Shown here: positions 58,462 through 64,000 of the stretch, in pieces | How positions within the stretch are numbered: the stretch's first letter is position 1 | Layout: each line of letters begins with the position of its first letter | From: an uncultured Acidocella sp. | GTDB lineage: Bacteria > Pseudomonadota > Alphaproteobacteria > Acetobacterales > Acetobacteraceae | DNA: 64,000 bases | Reading direction: 5' to 3' | Assembly: GCA_963693045.1 (NCBI GenBank) | Contig: OY843765.1 | Span: 122,831-186,830, forward strand | Program-made: the position numbers and the translations under genes | The notes under the pieces: model-generated | Database searches by the model: none | Told to the model about the DNA's origin: nothing | The model's input: the letters and a program-made list of their open reading frames with translations, nothing else

Positions 58462-59937
58462 ATGGTAGGCCGTACGTCCACCGGGAATCCGGGGCTCGAT
58501 GCCATTTTACGCGGCGGCCTGCCGAGCAACAGGCTCTACCTGCTGGAGGGCGCGCCCGGCTCCGGCAAGACGACGCTGGCGTTGCAGTTTCTGCTGGATG
58601 GGGCGGCGGCGGGCGAGGCTGGGCTGTACATCACGCTGTCGGAAACCCGGGGGGAGCTGAGCCAGGTCGCCGCCTCGCACGGCTGGAGTCTCGACAAGTT
58701 CGATATTTTCGAACTCGCCTCCGCCGATGCCGTGCTCGGCGAAAGCCGCCAGCAGTCGGTCCTGCATGCTTGGGAGGTCGAACTCAGCGGCACGATCAAG
58801 CTGATCCAAGAAGAGGTGGAAAAGACGGCGCCGCGCCGCGTGGTGTTCGACAGCATTTCGGAATTGCGGCTGCTGGCGCAGGACCCGCTCCGCTTCCGCC
58901 GCCAGATGCTGGCGCTCAAGCAGTTCTTCGCTGGCCGCGACATCACCGTCCTGCTGGTGGACGACCTGGCGAAGGCAAGCCGCGACATGCAGATGCACAG
59001 CCTGTGCCACGGCGTCATCACCCTGGAGCGCACCGCCCTGACGTTCGGGCCGCACCGGCGGCGGTTGCAGGTGCAGAAGCTGCGCGGCATCGACTTCGTC
59101 GCGGGCTACCATGACTTTGTGATCGTCAAAGGCGGGCTTGACGTGTTCCCGCGGCTGATCGGTTCCGAACATGCCAAGCCGTTCGTCGGCGATCCGGTGG
59201 CGAGCGGCATCGCCAAGTTGGACGCTCTGCTCGGCGGCGGTCCGTTGCACGGCACCTGTACGCTGATCACCGGACCGGCCGGCACCGGCAAAACCTCGAT
59301 CGCGCTGCAATATCTTTGGGCGCAGTGCGAGCGTGGGGAAAATTGTATCGTCTATGAATTCGACGAACGGGTCGGCACCCTGTTGATGCGCGCCAAGGCC
59401 ATGGGGCTCGACCTGCAAAAGCATATCGATGGCGGTTGCCTGGTGGTGGAGCAGATCGATCCGGCGGAGATTTCGCCGGGCGAATTCGCCAGCCTGGTGC
59501 AGCAACAGGTCGAAGTCCGCAATTGCCGGATGCTGCTGATCGATAGTTTGAGCGGCTATCTCGCGGCGATGCCAGAAGAGCAATATCTGATTTTGCAGAT
59601 CCATGAACTGCTGACCTATCTCAATCAACGTGGCGTCGCGACCTTTCTGATCAATCCGCAGAGCGGGTTGGTCGGTCAAGACGTGGCCGCTCCCATCAAT
59701 GTTTCCTACATCGCCGATGCCGTGGTTCTGTTGCGCTTTTTCGAATTTGCCGGGCGCGTCCGCAAGGCAGTATCGGTTCTGAAAAATCGCAGCGGCGCGC
59801 ATGAGGATACGATACGGGAGCTGCGGATCGATGCCGGCGGCATCCGCGTCGGCGAACCGCTGACCGAGTTCCGGGGGGTATTGAGCGGCACTCCGGAATA
59901 TGTCGGCCCCAACTCGCCATTGCTGGAGAAACGCTAG
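58462..59937 (+). CDS. KaiC-like double RecA-domain ATPase
   Basis: 491 aa. Two tandem KaiC/RecA-type domains, each with a Walker A motif (GAPGSGKTT and GPAGTGKTS). The N-terminus GNPGLDAILRGGLPSNRLYLLEG is typical of KaiC homologues. Confidence 0.85.
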   Translation: MVGRTSTGNPGLDAILRGGLPSNRLYLLEGAPGSGKTTLALQFLLDGAAAGEAGLYITLSETRGELSQVAASHGWSLDKFDIFELASADAVLGESRQQSVLHAWEVELSGTIKLIQEEVEKTAPRRVVFDSISELRLLAQDPLRFRRQMLALKQFFAGRDITVLLVDDLAKASRDMQMHSLCHGVITLERTALTFGPHRRRLQVQKLRGIDFVAGYHDFVIVKGGLDVFPRLIGSEHAKPFVGDPVASGIAKLDALLGGGPLHGTCTLITGPAGTGKTSIALQYLWAQCERGENCIVYEFDERVGTLLMRAKAMGLDLQKHIDGGCLVVEQIDPAEISPGEFASLVQQQVEVRNCRMLLIDSLSGYLAAMPEEQYLILQIHELLTYLNQRGVATFLINPQSGLVGQDVAAPINVSYIADAVVLLRFFEFAGRVRKAVSVLKNRSGAHEDTIRELRIDAGGIRVGEPLTEFRGVLSGTPEYVGPNSPLLEKR

Positions 59938-59938
59938 C

Positions 59939-62221
59939 GTGGTGTTCGGGACGGCCGCGGAAGGGCATCGGGTCCTGATTATCGCGCCGTTCGGGCGAGA
60001 CGCCGAGCAGCTAAGCGAGTTGTTTGCCGGCCACGGTTACGACGCGCAGGTTTGCGCGGGGCTGCATGCCCTGGTCGCGGGGTTCGATGAACATATCGGC
60101 GCGGTCCTGCTGACCGAGGAAGCTCTGGTCGGCGACCTTGAGCCATTGCGGGCGGCGCTGGCGGCGCAGCCGGCGTGGTCGGAAGTGCCGTTTCTGCTGC
60201 TCTCCGCGCGTAAGGTCGGATCGTCGCGCGGGGCGGACGCGGCGCGCCTTCGCCTGCCCGATATTTCGACAAATGTTATTCTGCTGGAGCGTCCGCTCGG
60301 TTCTGAATCGCTGCTGAGCGCGGTCGCTTCCGCGATGCGGTCGCGGCAACGGCAGTTCGAGATGCGCGACCGGATCGCGGAACTCGCCGCCGGCGGCCAT
60401 GCCCTGGCGAATGAACGACACGCGCTCGAAATCCTCAACCGGACCGGAACGCGGATTGCCGCCGAGCTCGATCTCGAACGGCTGGTGCAAGCCGTGGTCG
60501 ATAACGGCGTTGAATTGATCGACGCGGAGATGGGCGCGTTTTTCTACAATACCAGCGCCGGGGACGGCCATGCTTACAAGCTGTTCGCGCTTTCCGGCGC
60601 CGATCGGGCAACTTTTGAATTCGATACGCCGCGCATCACGCCGCTGTTCGCGCCCACCTTCCGCGGCCAGGGCGTGGTCCGCTCGGCCGATGTCGCTCTG
60701 GACCACCGTTATGGCCAGCAGGCGCCGCATTATGGCCTGCCGCACGGCCATCCGCCGGTGCGCAGCTACATCGCGGTGTCGGTGATATCGCGTTCCGGCG
60801 AGGTGATGGGCGCTCTGATGTTCGGCCATGTGCGGCCAGAAGTTTTCGACGATCGCGCCGAGCGCTTGATCTCCGGCCTCGCGGCGCAGGCCGCCGTCGG
60901 CATCGATAACGCCAGGCTGTTCCAGAGCGCGCAGCGCATGAACCAGACGCTCGAGGACAAGGTGGCGGAACGCACCGCCGAACTACAGGCCGAGATGGAG
61001 CGGCGGGCCCGGACCGAGGCGGCGCTGCGGCAGAGCCAGAAGATGGAGGCCGTCGGCCAGCTTACGGGAGGCATCGCGCACGACTTCAACAACATGCTGA
61101 CCGGGATCATCGGCGCGCTCGACATCATGAAGCGCCGGATCGCTTCCGACCGGCTCGAGGACATAGATCGCTTCATGCAGGCCGCCTCAACGTCGGCGCT
61201 GCGGGCCGCGGGTTTGACCGAGCGGCTGCTGGCGTTCTCGCGCCGGCAGTCGCTGGACCCGAAGCCGACCGACATCAACCAGCTGATCGGCTCGCTCGAG
61301 GATCTGGCAAGGCGCACGATCGGCAAAGGGGTTGTGCTGAGCCTGGATTTGCACGAGGCCCGGCCGATTGGGGTTGTCGATGCCAACCAGTTGGAGAACG
61401 CCCTCTTGAACCTGGTCATCAATGGGCGGGACGCCATGCCAGAGGGCGGCAGGTTGACGATCGAGAGCGGCATCACCGTGATCGAGGATGCTGCGGTGGC
61501 GGCGGCGCAGGAGATACGGCCGGGCCGTTACGCCGTGGTGGCGGTATCCGATACCGGCGTCGGGATGTCGCCGGAGGTGATCGACAAGGCGTTCGAGCCG
61601 TTCTTCACGACCAAGCCGATGGGCCAGGGCACCGGCCTGGGGCTTTCGATGGTTTACGGCTTTGTCAGGCAGAGCAACGGCCAGGTGCGGATCCATAGCC
61701 GGCCGGGGGAAGGTACGTCCGTCAAGCTGTATCTGCCGGCGGCGGAGCCGGCGGCGGCCGGCGCCGAGGTGGCTTCCAGCGCGGTGATTTCAGAAGGCCA
61801 GGGCCAGGCGGTGCTGATCGTCGAGGATGATGAATCGGTGCGGCTCATCGTCCGTGAGGTGCTTGAGGAGCTGGGCTATGTGGCGATCGACCGGGCCGAC
61901 GCGCAGACCGCGATCCCGCTGCTGGCATCGGACCAGCCGCTTGATCTGATGATCTCCGATGTCGGGCTGCCGGGGATGAACGGCAGGCAACTCGCCGAGG
62001 TGGCGCGGCAGCACCGCCCCAAGCTGCCGATCCTGTTCGTTACCGGCTACGCCGAGAATGCCGCGATACGCGCCGGGTTTCTAGGCACCGACATGGCGAT
62101 GATCAGCAAGCCGTTCGCGATCCCGACCCTGGCTGCGAAGATCATCGAGATATTGGAAACCGGCGGCAAAATTCACGCGGCGTGTGGCGCGCCGGCGAAG
62201 GTTCCGGAAAGCAAGGTTTGA
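59939..62221 (+). CDS. hybrid sensor histidine kinase: receiver-like N-domain, GAF, HisKA, HATPase, C-terminal receiver
   Basis: The GTG start lies 1 nt after the KaiC-like stop. H-box LTGGIAHDFNNML, G-boxes DTGVGM...GTGLGLS, C-terminal REC with LMISDVGLPGMNG. Confidence 0.85.
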   Translation: MVFGTAAEGHRVLIIAPFGRDAEQLSELFAGHGYDAQVCAGLHALVAGFDEHIGAVLLTEEALVGDLEPLRAALAAQPAWSEVPFLLLSARKVGSSRGADAARLRLPDISTNVILLERPLGSESLLSAVASAMRSRQRQFEMRDRIAELAAGGHALANERHALEILNRTGTRIAAELDLERLVQAVVDNGVELIDAEMGAFFYNTSAGDGHAYKLFALSGADRATFEFDTPRITPLFAPTFRGQGVVRSADVALDHRYGQQAPHYGLPHGHPPVRSYIAVSVISRSGEVMGALMFGHVRPEVFDDRAERLISGLAAQAAVGIDNARLFQSAQRMNQTLEDKVAERTAELQAEMERRARTEAALRQSQKMEAVGQLTGGIAHDFNNMLTGIIGALDIMKRRIASDRLEDIDRFMQAASTSALRAAGLTERLLAFSRRQSLDPKPTDINQLIGSLEDLARRTIGKGVVLSLDLHEARPIGVVDANQLENALLNLVINGRDAMPEGGRLTIESGITVIEDAAVAAAQEIRPGRYAVVAVSDTGVGMSPEVIDKAFEPFFTTKPMGQGTGLGLSMVYGFVRQSNGQVRIHSRPGEGTSVKLYLPAAEPAAAGAEVASSAVISEGQGQAVLIVEDDESVRLIVREVLEELGYVAIDRADAQTAIPLLASDQPLDLMISDVGLPGMNGRQLAEVARQHRPKLPILFVTGYAENAAIRAGFLGTDMAMISKPFAIPTLAAKIIEILETGGKIHAACGAPAKVPESKV

Positions 62222-62353
62222 AGCGCGGTGCTGGGCGCGAGTGTACATTTCACCGCCGATGATCTAGCAGCCATCGCAAGCCGCCGGGCAAAGGCGGTTC
62301 GATGCAGCCGTGGCTGCCTGTTCCTTTCAAGGTCAGCAAGGAGAACAAGTTAA

Positions 62354-62944
62354 GTGACAACCGACAATACCCGCGTCGCGGGACATCCGATCAATCGCGC
62401 CTTTTTGGACCGCTGGTCGCCGCGGGCCTTTACCGGCGAGGCGATCCCGCAGGAGACGCTGTTCAGTATTTTCGAGGCGGCGCGGTGGGCGCCGTCTTCT
62501 TATAACTCGCAACCATGGCGGTTCATTTATGCGACGCGGGACAATGCGCATTGGGACAGGTTGCTGAGCCTCTTGATCGAATTCAATCAGAGCTGGGCCA
62601 AGGCCGGATCGGCGTTGGTCTTTATCATCTCGGAAACCACGATGATCGTGCCGGGCAAAGATGGCCGGGTGCCGTCCCATAGTCATTCCTTCGATGCCGG
62701 CGCCGCCTGGGGGTCGATGGCGCTGCAGGCCTCGATGCTGGGATGGGCCGCGCATGGCATGGTCGGTGTCGATTTCGACCGGGCCGCCGTCGAGCTCAAA
62801 GTGCCCGACGACCATCGGGTCGAAGCCGGCATCGTGATCGGCAAGCAGGGGCCGAAGAGCATGTTGCCAGAGGCTTTGCAGGCGCGGGAAATGCCAAGCC
62901 TGCGCAAGCCGCTCGCTGAGATCGCATTCGAAGGAAGCTTCTGA
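62354..62944 (+). CDS. nitroreductase-family protein
   Basis: 196 aa with RWSPRAF...AARWAPSSYNSQPWRF, typical of NAD(P)H-flavin nitroreductases. Confidence 0.85.
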   Translation: MTTDNTRVAGHPINRAFLDRWSPRAFTGEAIPQETLFSIFEAARWAPSSYNSQPWRFIYATRDNAHWDRLLSLLIEFNQSWAKAGSALVFIISETTMIVPGKDGRVPSHSHSFDAGAAWGSMALQASMLGWAAHGMVGVDFDRAAVELKVPDDHRVEAGIVIGKQGPKSMLPEALQAREMPSLRKPLAEIAFEGSF

Positions 62945-62974
62945 GTTTTGGCCGCAAATGGAGAGGAACAACTC

Positions 62975-63943
62975 ATGCCGAACAAGGTAAAAAAAATCGC
63001 CCTGGAAGAGCATTTTTCCACGCCCGAACTGGCCCAGTACAACCCCGGCATCACCGAAATGATGGGCGTCGAAAGCTATAAGTACTACGGTCAGAGGTTG
63101 ATGGAGTTCGACAAAAGGCTTGAGGACATGGACAAGAACGGCATCGATATGTCGATCCTGTCGGTCACCACGCCGGGGGTACAGGCCGAGCCGGATGCGG
63201 CGGTCGCCACCAAGCGTGCCCATGAGGTGAACGACTTTCTCGCCAGCGTCATTCAAAAGCATCCGACCCGGTTTGGCGGCTTCGCGCATCTGGCCTTGCA
63301 AGACCCCAAGGGCGCGGCCGACGAGTTGGAGCGGGCAGTGAAGCAGCTTGGCATGAAAGGCGCGCTGATCAACGGCCAGACCAATGGCGAGTATCTTGAC
63401 GACCAGAAATTCTGGCCGATGTGGGAGCGTGCCGAGGCGCTCGGCGTTCCGATCTATCTGCATCCGGGCAACGCGATGCGAACCTCCCCGGCCAACGAGG
63501 GCTATGTAGAATTGTCCGGGCCGGGCTGGGCATGGGGTCCGGAAACCGCGGCTCACACGTTGCGGTTGGTCTATGGCGGGGTGTTTGACCGCTTTCCCAA
63601 GACCACCGTGATCCTCGGCCATATGGGCGAGGCGCTGACCTTCATGTTCTGGCGGATGGACAGCCGTTACGCCGTGATGCGCCACGGCAAGCCGCTGCAA
63701 AAACAGCCCTCGCAGTACATCCGCGACAACGTCATGGTTACCACGTCCGGCTCGTTTTCGATGTCGCCACTGTTGTGCAGCATGTTGGAAATCGGGTCCG
63801 ACCGCATCATGTTTTCCGTCGATTATCCGTTCGAAAAAACCGAGGAGGCGGTCGAGTTTATCGACAACGCGCCGATCAGCCAGATCGATCGTGAAAAGAT
63901 CTGCCACCTGAACGTCGAGAAGCTGCTGAAGCTGGACAGTTAG
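62975..63943 (+). CDS. amidohydrolase-2 (ACMSD / gamma-resorcylate decarboxylase-like) protein
   Basis: 322 aa from ATG 62975, 8 nt after GGAGAGG. The N-terminal KKIALEEHFSTPE resembles non-oxidative aromatic-acid decarboxylases of this superfamily. Confidence 0.8.
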   Translation: MPNKVKKIALEEHFSTPELAQYNPGITEMMGVESYKYYGQRLMEFDKRLEDMDKNGIDMSILSVTTPGVQAEPDAAVATKRAHEVNDFLASVIQKHPTRFGGFAHLALQDPKGAADELERAVKQLGMKGALINGQTNGEYLDDQKFWPMWERAEALGVPIYLHPGNAMRTSPANEGYVELSGPGWAWGPETAAHTLRLVYGGVFDRFPKTTVILGHMGEALTFMFWRMDSRYAVMRHGKPLQKQPSQYIRDNVMVTTSGSFSMSPLLCSMLEIGSDRIMFSVDYPFEKTEEAVEFIDNAPISQIDREKICHLNVEKLLKLDS

Positions 63944-64000
63944 CTGGCTGGCGGCTTGCGGCTTGCGCAACTCCGCCGCCGGCGATCGCTCGCTAAAGGA

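Overview
High-GC proteobacterial chromosome segment (about two thirds G+C by hand counts). Gene content and synteny look most like an alphaproteobacterium, but that is an inference.

- 0-17.8 kb, central-carbon 'pyruvate node': partial YdeP-type molybdoenzyme, pyruvate carboxylase, lrp-prpD-prpC-prpB methylcitrate genes, a divergent AceE-type pyruvate dehydrogenase (aceE-aceF-lpd, with a lipoyl domain on E3), DUF72, glycerate kinase and a deaminase.
- 17.8-21.6 kb: translationally coupled operon of Zn-ribbon, GT2, acyl-CoA-DH-like, PIG-L deacetylase and NodS-like methyltransferase genes.
- 21.8-29.7 kb: internally duplicated membrane protein, PoxB-like TPP enzyme, two-subunit GMC dehydrogenase plus lactonase, PRC-barrel protein and MFS pump.
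- 29.7-45.4 kb, the accessory part: an unassignable 3-gene envelope operon (membrane anchor, polytopic membrane protein, secreted vWA-like protein) lies divergent from a partial type VI secretion locus (vgrG, orf197, tagH, tssJ, tssK, tssL, tssM, tagF-pppA fusion). That locus has no sheath, tube, baseplate-wedge, ClpV, PAAR or kinase genes, and a ~75-bp REP/MITE-like repeat punctuates it.
- 45.4-64 kb: xerC-PRTase, priA, PAS-GGDEF, an orphan AbrB antitoxin, a ~1.4-kb low-GC islet with one orphan gene, atpHAGDC with an unusual hairpin-rich 294-nt atpG-atpD spacer, an SDR, a KaiC-like ATPase coupled to a hybrid histidine kinase, a nitroreductase and an amidohydrolase-2 gene.

No rRNA, tRNA, CRISPR array or transposase was seen. 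All calls rest on recognising motifs and families by eye; no database search was possible.
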